A stretch of 64,000 nucleotides of DNA from Candidatus Marinacidobacterium sp. (GTDB lineage Bacteria > Acidobacteriota > Vicinamibacteria > Marinacidobacterales > Marinacidobacteraceae). Positions 1-10,300 of the stretch are shown piece after piece. A model generated the notes under the pieces. The model saw only the letters and a list, made by a program, of their open reading frames with translations. It ran no database searches and was not told the origin of the DNA. Position numbers and translations under genes: made by a program. The stretch covers positions 1,888,001 to 1,952,000 of the forward strand of contig OZ244852.1 in assembly GCA_965220965.1 (NCBI GenBank), read 5' to 3'. Position 1 is the first letter of the stretch; each line of letters begins with the position of its first letter.

Positions 1-234
1 ATCGGTGCGCGGCGCGGTCCAACGGATCTCGACCTCGCCGGCCTCCTGCCGGAGGACCGGCGCCTCGGGCGCCGCCGGGACGACGCGCAGCGGCGGGAGC
101 GGCGGCCCCCGCCGTCCACACCCGGGACCCGAGAGAACGGCCCCGCATCCGATCAGAGCCAACGCCCATTTCGCGCCGGACCTCCCGAGGCCGAGACGCC
201 CGCCGCGACCCGCCGGCGCGACCCGGAGAATCAC
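1..234 (-). CDS. Putative lipoprotein, N-terminal part (runs off the left edge; possibly fibronectin type III-like)
   Basis: Not in the ORF track. GTG at 234, just after the hslU stop, reads MILRVAPAGRGGRLGLGRSGAKWALALIGCGAVLSGPGCGRRGPPLPPLRVVPAAP...EIRWTAPRTD. It has a hydrophobic stretch, then Cys and a CG(R/K)(R/K)GPPLPP motif typical of such lipoproteins. Confidence 0.6.
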   Translation of the reverse strand, partial: MILRVAPAGRGGRLGLGRSGAKWALALIGCGAVLSGPGCGRRGPPLPPLRVVPAAPEAPVLRQEAGEVEIRWTAPRTD

Positions 235-239
235 GACCT

Positions 240-1685
240 CTACAGAATGAACCGGGACAGGTCCTCGTTCTCCACGATGCCCTCGAGCATCCGGTCGACG
301 TACTTCCTGTCGATCATCCACTTCCGGCGGCGGAGGTCCGGGGCGTCGAACAGGAGATCCTCGAGCACGCGCTCCACCACGGTGTGGAGGCGCCGGGCGC
401 CGATGTCCTCCATCCGTTCGTTCACTTCGGCCGCGACTTCGGCGATCTCCCGGATGGCGCCCTTGCGGAAGTGGAGCGCCAGGCCCTCGGTCTCCAGCAG
501 CGCCTGATACTGCTTCAGCAAAGCGCCCTCGGGCTCGGTCAGGATGCGCTCGAAGTCGTCCACCGTCAGAGGATCCAGCTCCACCCGGATGGGGAAGCGG
601 CCCTGGAGCTCGGGGAGCAGATCGGAAGGACGGTTCTCCTGGAAGGCGCCCGCCGCAATGAACAGGATGTGGTCGGTGTGCACGACCCCGTGACGGGTGG
701 AGACCGACGATCCGTCGAAGAGGGGCAACAGATCGCGCTGGACTCCTTCGCGGGAGACATCGGGTCCGCCGCCGTCCCGGAAGCTGGCCACCTTGTCCAG
801 CTCATCGATGAAGATGATTCCGTGGTCCTCGGCGCGTTCGATGGCGCGGGCCTCGATGTCGCGGGGATCCATCAGCCGGTCCTCTTCCTCGCGGACGAAG
901 TAGCTCAGCGCGTCCGCAACGAGCATCTCGGTGCGCCGGAAGCGGGGACCGAAGAGGCCGCGGATCGCTTCCGCGCCGCTGCCGTCGGGATCCTCCTCCG
1001 GGGAGATGAGGGAATCGAAGATAGGAGGCGTCGGCTCGCGCACATCGACGACCACGGTCCGCTCGTTCAGCTCCCCCCGGCGCAGCCGTCCGCGGAGCAG
1101 GTCCCGATGCGCGCCCAGGTCCCGCGTCCCGCGGAGGTCCGGTTCCGGGCTGGATCCGCTCCCGGCGCCGTCGCCCGGGCCGCTGGAAGAATCCGGGCGC
1201 TCCTCGCCTTCGTCCGGGGGGCCTCCCTCCGGCAGAAGAAGATCCAGCACCCGCTCCTCGGCGTTGTCGTCGATCTGCCCCTGCATCACCTTGAGGAGGT
1301 CCTTCCGGACCAACTGGATCGAGACCTCGACGAGGTCGCGGACCATGGACTCCACGTCCCGCCCCACGTAGCCCACCTCGGTGAACTTGGACGCCTCGAC
1401 CTTCACGAAGGGAGACCTGGAGAGTCCGGCGAGCCGCCGCGCGATTTCCGTCTTGCCCACCCCGGTGGGCCCGATCATGAGGATGTTCCGGGGAACGATC
1501 TCGTCGGCGATGTCATCCGAGACGTGCATCCGGCGCGCGCGGTTGCGCAACGCCACGGCGACAGCGCGCTTCGCCCGGTGCTGTCCGATCACGAACCGGT
1601 CGAGCCTGTCGACGATTTCCCGGGGCGTGCGTTCCTCGAATCGGGCGGGCGGCTCGCTCCCGACCGCGGGGAGAATCCTTACCAG
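240..1685 (-). CDS. hslU: ATP-dependent protease ATPase subunit HslU
   Basis: Walker A GPTGVGKT, EASKFTEVGYVGRDV, IDELDK, ELQGRFP, GARRL and C-terminal DLSRFIL. The conserved N-terminal TPREIVDRLDRFVIGQ lies upstream of the tracked GTG (1592), so the start is placed at CTG 1685. Confidence 0.95.
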   Translation of the reverse strand: MVRILPAVGSEPPARFEERTPREIVDRLDRFVIGQHRAKRAVAVALRNRARRMHVSDDIADEIVPRNILMIGPTGVGKTEIARRLAGLSRSPFVKVEASKFTEVGYVGRDVESMVRDLVEVSIQLVRKDLLKVMQGQIDDNAEERVLDLLLPEGGPPDEGEERPDSSSGPGDGAGSGSSPEPDLRGTRDLGAHRDLLRGRLRRGELNERTVVVDVREPTPPIFDSLISPEEDPDGSGAEAIRGLFGPRFRRTEMLVADALSYFVREEEDRLMDPRDIEARAIERAEDHGIIFIDELDKVASFRDGGGPDVSREGVQRDLLPLFDGSSVSTRHGVVHTDHILFIAAGAFQENRPSDLLPELQGRFPIRVELDPLTVDDFERILTEPEGALLKQYQALLETEGLALHFRKGAIREIAEVAAEVNERMEDIGARRLHTVVERVLEDLLFDAPDLRRRKWMIDRKYVDRMLEGIVENEDLSRFIL

Positions 1686-1688
1686 AAG

Positions 1689-2225
1689 TCAAACCTCTTC
1701 AAAGGCGAACTCTTTGTTGGTGTAGATGCAGATGTCGCTCGTGACCCGCATCGCCTCCTCGGCGATCTCGCGGGCCGAGAGCCTCGTCCGGGAGGCGAGG
1801 GCCCGGGCCGCGGCGATGGCTTCGGATGCGCCAGCGCCGATAGCCATGATGCCGTCGTCCGGCTGCATGAGGTCCCCATCGCCGGACAGCAGGAACATCT
1901 GCCCCCGGTTCGCCACCAGCAGGAGCGCGTCCAGGTGGCGCATCACCCGGTCCGTCCTCCAGTCCTGGGCGAGCTCCACCGCGGCCCGCTCCAGATTGCC
2001 GCGGTGCCCTTCGAGCTTCGTCTCGAATTTGGCCAGCAGCGCCAGCGCGTCGGCGGTGGCGCCCGCGAACCCGGCGACAACGGTCCCGTCGCCCATGCGG
2101 CGGAGCTTCCGCGCCCGGTGTTTCACGACGATTTCCCCGAGCGTGACCTGCCCGTCCGCTACCAGCGTGGTGCTGTCGCCCCGCCGCACAGCCAGAACGG
2201 TCGTCGCGTGGAACGAGGAGGGCAC
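1689..2225 (-). CDS. hslV: ATP-dependent protease peptidase subunit HslV
   Basis: Short propeptide then TTVLAVRR (catalytic Thr1), ADGQVTLG, GFAGATAD, ELAQDWRTDR, DICIYTN. Adjacent to hslU. Confidence 0.96.
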   Translation of the reverse strand: MPSSFHATTVLAVRRGDSTTLVADGQVTLGEIVVKHRARKLRRMGDGTVVAGFAGATADALALLAKFETKLEGHRGNLERAAVELAQDWRTDRVMRHLDALLLVANRGQMFLLSGDGDLMQPDDGIMAIGAGASEAIAAARALASRTRLSAREIAEEAMRVTSDICIYTNKEFAFEEV

Positions 2226-2440
2226 GGGGGAGGAAGTCTGCGCAGGATCGCGCGGCGGGGCGGCGACCGGTCTCAGGAACGGACGGACATCCTCACGGAG
2301 AAGGGCCCTCGGGGCGCCAGCCGCGACGGGAGAGGGAACACCACGGAAAGGGCGTGGCGAAACCGGATCGGGAACCCGACAGTATACCGGCGCCCGCTCC
2401 GGACGCGGATGGAATCGCGAGACGCCGGTAGGATGGCGCG

Positions 2441-2854
2441 GTGAGGCTCCTTCGGGCGGTTGCGCTCCTCAGCGCGATCTACGACCTGCTGATCGGAGGC
2501 GCGATGCTCTTCGCGCTCGACGCGTTCACGGCGCTGTTCGGAGTCGCCCCGCCGGAGCATCCGATCAACGCGAACCTGAACGGCCTGTTCGCGACCGCCG
2601 TGGGAATCGGCTATCTGGCGGTGCTCCGCCGGCCCGACGAGAACCGCTGGTACCTGTGGATCATGGGACCCGGCCTGAAGGGCGGCGGCGCCCTCCTCTT
2701 CACGCTGGATTTCCTGCTGCGGGGATCGCCGGCGTCGTTCCTCCTCTTCGCCGTTTCCGACGGGCTGCTGGCGGTTCTGACCTGGCTGGCGCTGCGGCGG
2801 ACAGCCCCGCGCGGGGTATCCGCCGAGGGACCGGCGCACGGAGAAGCCGGGTAG
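2441..2854 (+). CDS. Small integral membrane protein (about 4 TM), function unknown
   Basis: 137 aa with four hydrophobic segments. A TAGGAT -10-like box lies 6 nt upstream of the GTG. Confidence 0.75.
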   Translation: MRLLRAVALLSAIYDLLIGGAMLFALDAFTALFGVAPPEHPINANLNGLFATAVGIGYLAVLRRPDENRWYLWIMGPGLKGGGALLFTLDFLLRGSPASFLLFAVSDGLLAVLTWLALRRTAPRGVSAEGPAHGEAG

Positions 2855-2965
2855 AATTCGACCTCCCCGCGCGACCCCCGTCACCGGGTCCCCAGGCGGT
2901 CCCCGCCGACGCCCCGACCCGCTCCGGGGCATGAGGAGGCCGGGCCCCGCAGCCGACACCCCTTC

Positions 2966-3622
2966 ATGCAGATCTTTCTCGACACCGCGGATCTCTCGGC
3001 GATCTCGCGCGCGGCGGCCATGGGACTGGTGGACGGCGTGACCACGAACCCGTCGCTGATGGCGAAGGAGCAGGGTGACCCGAGGGACATCCTGGCGCGG
3101 ATCGCCGCCGTCGTTCCCGGGGACGTCTCCGCGGAGGTTCTCTCCACCGACGCCGACGGGATGGTCCGGGAAGGCCTCGAGCTGGCGCAGATCGCCCCGA
3201 ACATCGTCATCAAGTGCCCTCTGACGCCCGACGGACTCCGCGCCGTGCGGGAACTCGCGGAGCACGAGATCCGGGTCAACGTGACGCTCTGCTTCAGCCT
3301 GCCGCAGGCGCTGTTCGCCGCGAAGGCGGGCGCCTACATCATCAGCCCGTTCGTTGGGCGGCTGGACGACATCTCGAGCCAGGGCATGGGTCTCGTCGAG
3401 GAGATCCGCGAGGTCTACGAGAACTACGGGTTCCCGACGAAGATCCTGGTCGCCAGCATCCGGAACCCGCTGCACGTGGTGGAAGCCGCCAGGCTGGGCG
3501 CCCACATCGCCACGATGCCGCCGAAGGTGCTCGATCTGCTCATCCGCCACCCGCTGACCGACATCGGGCTCGAGCGCTTCCTGAAGGACTGGGAGGCGGC
3601 CCGCTCCGCTCGCGAGAGCTGA
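2966..3622 (+). CDS. tal: Transaldolase (short TalC/Fsa family)
   Basis: IFLDTA, GVTTNPSL, Schiff-base Lys in VIKCP, NVTLCFS, SPFVGRLDD. Glu in SAEV and Phe in SPF favour transaldolase over fructose-6-phosphate aldolase. Confidence 0.9.
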   Translation: MQIFLDTADLSAISRAAAMGLVDGVTTNPSLMAKEQGDPRDILARIAAVVPGDVSAEVLSTDADGMVREGLELAQIAPNIVIKCPLTPDGLRAVRELAEHEIRVNVTLCFSLPQALFAAKAGAYIISPFVGRLDDISSQGMGLVEEIREVYENYGFPTKILVASIRNPLHVVEAARLGAHIATMPPKVLDLLIRHPLTDIGLERFLKDWEAARSARES

Positions 3623-3661
3623 GCCGGACGCGTCTTCCGACGCCGCCGCAATCCGCCCGCG

Positions 3662-5221
3662 ATGCCGGCTGACGACGGGTGGACCGCCGCCCGCGAACTG
3701 GAAGCGCGGAACCGGCGCGCGCTCGAGGCGGGCGGCGAAGCGCGGCTCGAACGCCAGCGGCGCTCGGGACGGCTCACCGCGAGAGAACGGATCGCCCACC
3801 TGCTGGATCCCGGCAGCTTCGAGGAGTTCGGCAGGCTCGTCGAGCATCGGTCCACCGGGTTTGGCGTCGACGAAACGCGCGTGCCCGGAGACGGAGTCGT
3901 CACCGGCTCGGGGCGGGTGGACGGCAGACCGATCTACGTCTTCGCCCAGGACTTCACGGTGCTCGGGGGCTCGCTGAGCGAGGCGAACGCGGGAAAGATC
4001 TGCCGCCTGATGGATCTCGCGGTGCGGCAGGGCGCTCCCATCATCGGGCTGAACGACTCCGGCGGCGCGCGGATCCAGGAGGGGGTCGTCTCGCTGGCCG
4101 GGTACGCGGACATCTTCCTCAGGAACACGCTGGCCTCCGGCGTCGTCCCGCAGATTTCGGCGATCCTCGGCCCCTGCGCCGGAGGGGCGGTCTACTCACC
4201 CGCCATCACCGACTTCACGATCATGAGCCGGGGGACGAGCTACATGTTCGTGACCGGGCCCGACGTGATCCGCACGGTGACGCACGAAGAGGTCTCGATG
4301 GAGGAGCTCGGCGGCGCCGAGACCCACAACACGGTGTCCGGCAACGCCCACTTCCTCGGCGAGAACGACGAGGAGTGCCTCGATCTGATCCGCGATCTGC
4401 TGTCGTTCCTCCCGGGGAACAATCTGGACGACCCTCCGCGGAAGGAGACCGCGGATCCCCCGGACCGGGAGATCCCCGCCCTCGACCGCCTGGTCCCCGA
4501 AGCTCCGGACCAGCCCTACGATGTGCGGGAACTCGTCGGCGAGATCGTGGACGACGGCGTCTTCCTCGAGGTCCAGGCGCTGCACGCGGCGAACCTGGTC
4601 GTCGGGTTCGCCCGTCTCGGGGGCGCCCCGGTCGGGATCGTGGCGAACCAGCCGGCGGTCCTCGCCGGCGTCCTGGACATCGAGGCCTCGGTGAAGGGCG
4701 CCCGGTTCGTCCGCTTCTGCGACGCGTTCAACATCCCGCTCGTGACCTTCGAGGATGTGCCCGGGTTCCTGCCCGGAACGCGGCAGGAGTGGGGCGGGAT
4801 CATCCGCCACGGGGCCAAGCTGCTCTACGCCTTCGCCGAGGCGACGGTCCCGAAGGTCACGGTGATCGTGCGCAAGGCCTACGGCGGGGCGTACTGCGTG
4901 ATGGCGAGCAAGCACATCCGCACCGACCTGAACTACGCCTGGCCGGGGGCCGAAATCGCGGTCATGGGCCCCGAGGGCGCCGTCAACGTTCTCTACCGGC
5001 GCGAACTCCGCGAGGCGAAGGATCCGGAGGCGCTTCGCGCCGAGCGGGTGGCCGCCTACCGGGCGCGGTTCGCGAGTCCCTTCGTCGCGGCGGAACGCGG
5101 CTACGTGGACGAGGTCATCCAGCCGCGCGCCACCCGCAAGCGACTGACCGCGGCGCTCCGCTCGCTGGCGACGAAGCGGGACCGGAACCCGCCCAGGAAG
5201 CACGGCAACATCCCGCTGTGA
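3662..5221 (+). CDS. pccB: Acyl-CoA (propionyl/methylmalonyl-CoA type) carboxylase, carboxyltransferase subunit
   Basis: [49 protein letters not shown]-terminal KHGNIPL. Confidence 0.9.
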   Translation: MPADDGWTAARELEARNRRALEAGGEARLERQRRSGRLTARERIAHLLDPGSFEEFGRLVEHRSTGFGVDETRVPGDGVVTGSGRVDGRPIYVFAQDFTVLGGSLSEANAGKICRLMDLAVRQGAPIIGLNDSGGARIQEGVVSLAGYADIFLRNTLASGVVPQISAILGPCAGGAVYSPAITDFTIMSRGTSYMFVTGPDVIRTVTHEEVSMEELGGAETHNTVSGNAHFLGENDEECLDLIRDLLSFLPGNNLDDPPRKETADPPDREIPALDRLVPEAPDQPYDVRELVGEIVDDGVFLEVQALHAANLVVGFARLGGAPVGIVANQPAVLAGVLDIEASVKGARFVRFCDAFNIPLVTFEDVPGFLPGTRQEWGGIIRHGAKLLYAFAEATVPKVTVIVRKAYGGAYCVMASKHIRTDLNYAWPGAEIAVMGPEGAVNVLYRRELREAKDPEALRAERVAAYRARFASPFVAAERGYVDEVIQPRATRKRLTAALRSLATKRDRNPPRKHGNIPL

Positions 5222-5261
5222 CCGCGCGCCGGATGCGCTCCGCGAGGCGGCCTCCCCGCTG

Positions 5262-6779
5262 ATGTTCCGCCGGGTCCTGATCGCGAACCGCGGCGAGATC
5301 GCCGTCCGGATCATCCGGGCCTGCCGGGACCTCGGGATTTCCCCGGTCACCGTGCATTCGGAGGCCGACCGCGACGCCCTCCACGTGCGGATGAGCGACG
5401 AATCGGTCTGTGTCGGCGCCGCCGCCTCCCGGCATAGCTATCTGGCGGCGGACCGCGTCCTCGACGCCGCCGAAACGCTGGAGGCCCAGGCGGTGCATCC
5501 CGGTTACGGCTTTCTCGCGGAACGCGCCGACTTCGCCGAACAGTGCCTCGCTCGCGGGCTGGCGTTCGTCGGTCCGTCTCCCGAGGCGATGCGGCGCATG
5601 GGCGACAAGGCGGCGGCGCGGGCGGCGGCGATCGCCGCGGGCGTGCCGGTGGCGAGCGGCTCGCCGATCTGCGAAGACCTGAACCAGGCGCGGGCGGCGG
5701 CGGCGAACGTGGGCTTTCCGCTGCTCATCAAGGCGGCGGCGGGCGGCGGCGGCATGGGCATGCGACCGGTGGAGTCGCCGGAGTCGCTCGCCGATGCGTT
5801 CGCCGAAGCCCGGTCCGAGGCGGAAGCGGCCTTCGGAGACCCGCGGGTGTTCCTCGAGCAGCGCATCGTCGAACCCCGGCACGTGGAGATCCAGGTGTTC
5901 GGTGACGCCGCCGGCTCGGTGATCCACCTCGGCGAACGGGATTGCTCCATCCAGCGGCGGAACCAGAAACTGGTGGAGGAGAGTCCCTCCCCGGCGCTCG
6001 CGCCCGAGTTGCGGGAGGCGATGGGCGCCGCCGCGGTGCGCCTCGCGAGCGCAGCCGGCTACCACAACGCCGGGACCGTGGAGTTCCTGCTGGATGGCGA
6101 CGGGAACTACGCCTTCCTCGAGATGAACACCCGGCTTCAGGTGGAGCACCCGGTCACCGAACTCGTCTCCGGGCTCGACCTCGTCGCGCTGCAGCTCCGG
6201 GTCGCCGCGGGGGCGCCGCTCGGCGTCACCCAGCAGGACGTGAGCCTTTCCGGGTCGGCGATCGAGCTGCGCATCACCGCCGAGGATCCCTTCGCCGGCT
6301 TCCGCCCCGGGACCGGCAGAATCCGCGAGTTCCGTCCCGCCGACGGACCGGGGATCCGCTGCGATGCGGGGGTGACTTCCGGGAGCGAGGTCTCCCCGCA
6401 CTACGACCCGCTGCTCGCCAAGCTGATCGCCTGGGGGCCGGACCGCGACACCGCGCGCCGCCGGGCGCGCCGGGCGGTGCGCGAGACGCGGCTCGTGGGC
6501 GTGACAAACACCCTGCCCTTCTTCGAACGCGTCCTCGGGAGCGCGCCCTTCCGGAGCGGCCGCTACCACACCGGGTTCGTGGCCGACCACTGGCCCGGCC
6601 TGGCGGCCGAGACCCCGGAGGCCAGCGACCCGGCGACCGGGGCGGCGGCGGATGACCTCCTCGCCTTCGCCGCCGCCGCCGCCGGGGCGGAGCTCTATGC
6701 GGCCGGCGCGCGGCGCGCTCCGGGGGCGGGCGCGGGTTCCCGCTGGAGCCGCGCCGCCCGATCCACGGGGGACCGATGA
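5262..6779 (+). CDS. accC: Biotin carboxylase subunit of acyl-CoA carboxylase
   Basis: VLIANRGEIA, HPGYGFLAE, KAAAGGGGMGM, ERDCSIQRRNQK, FLEMNTRLQVEHPVTE. Confidence 0.92.
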   Translation: MFRRVLIANRGEIAVRIIRACRDLGISPVTVHSEADRDALHVRMSDESVCVGAAASRHSYLAADRVLDAAETLEAQAVHPGYGFLAERADFAEQCLARGLAFVGPSPEAMRRMGDKAAARAAAIAAGVPVASGSPICEDLNQARAAAANVGFPLLIKAAAGGGGMGMRPVESPESLADAFAEARSEAEAAFGDPRVFLEQRIVEPRHVEIQVFGDAAGSVIHLGERDCSIQRRNQKLVEESPSPALAPELREAMGAAAVRLASAAGYHNAGTVEFLLDGDGNYAFLEMNTRLQVEHPVTELVSGLDLVALQLRVAAGAPLGVTQQDVSLSGSAIELRITAEDPFAGFRPGTGRIREFRPADGPGIRCDAGVTSGSEVSPHYDPLLAKLIAWGPDRDTARRRARRAVRETRLVGVTNTLPFFERVLGSAPFRSGRYHTGFVADHWPGLAAETPEASDPATGAAADDLLAFAAAAAGAELYAAGARRAPGAGAGSRWSRAARSTGDR

Positions 6780-7312
6780 TGCGGCGCATCCTCCGGCCCG
6801 AGGTCTCCGCAGGCGCGGATTCCGACGAGGTCCGGCTCGAGGTCGCGCCGTCCGGCGACGGCGCGCTGCGGGTGCGCATCGCCGGAGCCGCCGGAGACGC
6901 GGCGGCCGGGGCGCCCTTCGAGGCGCGGCCGGGGCCGGGAGGCTGGACGATCTCCCGCGGGCGGCGGACGCTCGAGGCCGGAGTCACCCGGGATCCGGAC
7001 GGCGCGCTGCTGGTCGACATCGGGGGCCGCGCGTTCCGGTTCCCCGAGGGCCGTCGGCCGGCGGAGCGGGCCGGGTCCGGGGTGGGCGGCGGATCGGGCG
7101 AGGTGCGGACTTCCATGCCCGGCAAGGTGGTCCGGATCCTGCGAGCCGAGGGGGAACGGGTCGAGGCCGGCGAGCCGGTCCTCGTCTTCGAAGCCATGAA
7201 GATGCAGAACGGGATCGCGGCGCCGGAAGCCGGAGTGATCGCTAACATGAAGGTCTCCGAGGGGAAACTGGTCGAGGCGGGGGATGTCCTGTTTCGCCTC
7301 GATCCCGTCTGA
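6776..7312 (+). CDS. Biotin carboxyl carrier (biotin/lipoyl-attachment) subunit
   Basis: SMPGKVV...EAMKM biotinylation motif. ATGA overlap with the upstream gene. Confidence 0.9.
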   Translation: MMRRILRPEVSAGADSDEVRLEVAPSGDGALRVRIAGAAGDAAAGAPFEARPGPGGWTISRGRRTLEAGVTRDPDGALLVDIGGRAFRFPEGRRPAERAGSGVGGGSGEVRTSMPGKVVRILRAEGERVEAGEPVLVFEAMKMQNGIAAPEAGVIANMKVSEGKLVEAGDVLFRLDPV

Positions 7313-7318
7313 GATCCG

Positions 7319-10300
7319 ATGACCGACCGAGAGGCGGCCGCCGCGTCGCCGCCGAAGAACCGCCCGCGCCGCCCTGCGGCTCAGCCGCGGCCGCACCGTC
7401 GGCTCCGGTGGGCGGCGATCCTGGTCGGCTTCGCCGCCGCCGCGGTGCTCACGCTGGTGGTCACCCTCTCCCTGCTCCAGGACCGGCTGGACCGGGGAAT
7501 GCTGTTGCGCATCGCGACCGCCCGGCTGGAGGCCCTTCTGGAGCGGCCGGTTGCCGCCTCGGGGCTCGACTTCTCGCTCCTCGAGGGAAGGTTCGATCTC
7601 CACGATCTCCAGATCGGACAGGCTCGCGTCGATCTCGAGCTGACGGGCCCCGCTCCCCCCATCATGTCCCTGGATCGCCTCCAGGGCCGGCTTGGCTGGC
7701 GCTCCCTCATTCCGACCGGCCTCCACCTCGAAGACCTGGCGATCTCCGGGGTGCGCGTCTGGGGGATGGATGACGGCGGGTCGCCCGCCCCCGCAACGTC
7801 CCCGTCGGCGGGCTGGCTGACGGAAACGCTGCTGGCGCGGATCACGCTGTCCTCGGAGCGCATGTCGTTCTCCGGGACCACCGTCGGCTACCGGAACCGC
7901 CCGACTCCCTGGGAGGTCCGCCTCGACGATCTGGAACTGGATTTCCGGGCCGGGGACGAAGGCGGCGTGGACGGGACGCTCCGGTCCCGGGTCGCCGCGA
8001 TCCGGATGTGGGACCGCCCCGACCTCGTCATGGCGGTCGAGGCCGACCTTCGGCTGCGCGGCGCGCTGCTTCACCTGGACGAGGTGACGTTCACCGGCGA
8101 TCTGCTGTGGATGGAGGGTTCGGGAACGCTCGACCTGGCGAACGACCTCGCCGGCCCGCTGACGCTGACCGGCGGAGGGCGCGGCGGAGGGGTCTCGCGG
8201 CTGATGTTCGACTTTCACGGCCTCGACACGACCGGAGATCCCCCGTTCTCGTTCGCGGGGGGCGCCGAGTTCATCGAGGACGGCCTGGCGATTTCCGGAG
8301 ACCTGTCCGTGCCCGCCGGGCGCTTCTACGGGATCCCGATCGAGACCTGGGACGGCTTCCTCTACATCGGTCCGGACCGGGTCGAGATTTCCTCGGCGAA
8401 GGGCGTCGCTTCGGGAGGCGAAGCGACGCTGCTGCTCCTTCAGCCTCAGCCCCGCGAAGAGCACCGCGCGCAGATCGTGGTCACGGCCGCCGGAGCCTCG
8501 CTCGGCGCCGCCGCCAGCGGCCTGTTCGGCGTCCCCACGACGCTGGAGTCGGAATTCGACCTCGAGGCGGACCTGGAGATGGTCCTGGGGGACCCGGAGG
8601 GCATGACCGGAACGATCCGGGCCACCGGCCGCGTTCCCGGGATCACTCCGCTGGACGCTCGCCGTTTCGGCTTCGTCGCCGATCTGGAAATGGACGACGC
8701 CCAGACGACGGTTCGCGAGCTGGTGGTCGAAGGAGAGGCCTTCCGGGCCACCGCCGAGGGTCGCTTTCCCCGTGGCGGGACGGCCGATCTGGAGGTCTCG
8801 GCGCTCGCCGGCGAGAGTGCGGAGGGCGACGCTCTCCAGCAGGAGATACGCCGGGTGCTGTTCGGCGAGGATCCGGCCGAGATCGCGTGGGACGTCGCCG
8901 GCGCCGCGGGCTTCGAAGGGACAGTGGGAGGACGGTGGCCCGACCGGCTGGTGCTGGAGGGCGAGGTCGAGGGACGCTCGCTGTCCATCGGCCCCATCCG
9001 CACCGACACCCTGATCGCGATCGGGGGGGTGGGACCGGAGGACATGTGGCTGGACTCCTTCAACGCGCGGCGGGGGGAGTCCACCCTGCAGGCCTCGGGA
9101 GTGATGGACCACGGCGACGAGGAATACCCCGACATGGACTTCGACGTCTCCTGGGAGCGCTGGGACGCGCGGGAGCTGATCGATTATCTGGAGTGGGATC
9201 TGGAGGCTGACGGGATCGTCAGCGGCCACGCCGAAACGGTCCGCGAGGACGAGTGGTACGCCGGCGGCGGCGAAGTCGTGGGCTGGGACGGGCATGTGCT
9301 GGAGCAGCCCTTCGACGAGGCGCGCGCCGCGTGGAGCCTGCTGGGAGACCGCGCCCGCCTGGCGCCGATCGAAGGCTCGTTCGGCGGTGGAACCGCCGGC
9401 GGCGCGCTCGACGTGGGCCTGATCGAGTGGGAGCTGGAGGGCCGGATCACCGGCGCCGACTTCCCGCTGACGCCCGGTCTCGCTCCCGAGTGGATCACGC
9501 TTCGATCCGACTTCGCGCTCGAGATCGGCGGCGACATCGAGATCCCGGAGCTCGCCCTGGAGGCGCGCGTCCCGAACGCGGCGGTGCTCGGGCTCGAGCT
9601 GGGGCCGGGCGCCATCTCCGCCTCGGTCCTCGGCGAGGACTTCGTGGGCCAGGGAGCGCTCGACTCGGGGAGAGCGTCGTTCGACATGACGGGCAAGGTC
9701 CCGCTCGGGATCGAGGGCGAGGGCTCGCTGCGGATCGGGGGAATCGACATTGCGCCGCTCGCGTTCGAAGACGCCGGGGAGCGCGGGATCCGGATGGTGG
9801 CGTCAGGGACCGGGGACTTTTTCATCGCCGACCCGTTAGACGAGTGGATGGAAGGCGGGGGCGACCTGACCAGCCTGGACATCGAGGCGCCGATGCTGGT
9901 CTCGCCGGTCCGCCTGACCGGGCCGGCCAGCATCCTGGTCGAGGACGCCCGGGTCCACGTGGGCGGGATCGAGTTGACCGACGGCGCCAACCGGCTCCGG
10001 GCGGCGGGTTCGGTGGGGCTGGACGACCTCCTGCTCGACCTGAGGGTGGACGGCGCGGCCTCGCTCGAGGCGGCCGCGTCGCTGGTGTCCGGACTCCGCG
10101 CCGAGGGAACCGTGGAACTGGATACCGAGGTCGTGGGCTCCGCCCTCTCACCCGAGGTTCTGGGCCGGGGAACGCTGCGGGACGCTTCGTTCCGGGTGGA
10201 CGGCTTCCCCCACGAACTTACCGGGGTGAACGGCATCGTCAACTTCGACCGGAGAACGCTTCGGATTTCGGAAGTGATCGGGACGATGGCGGGCGGCGAG

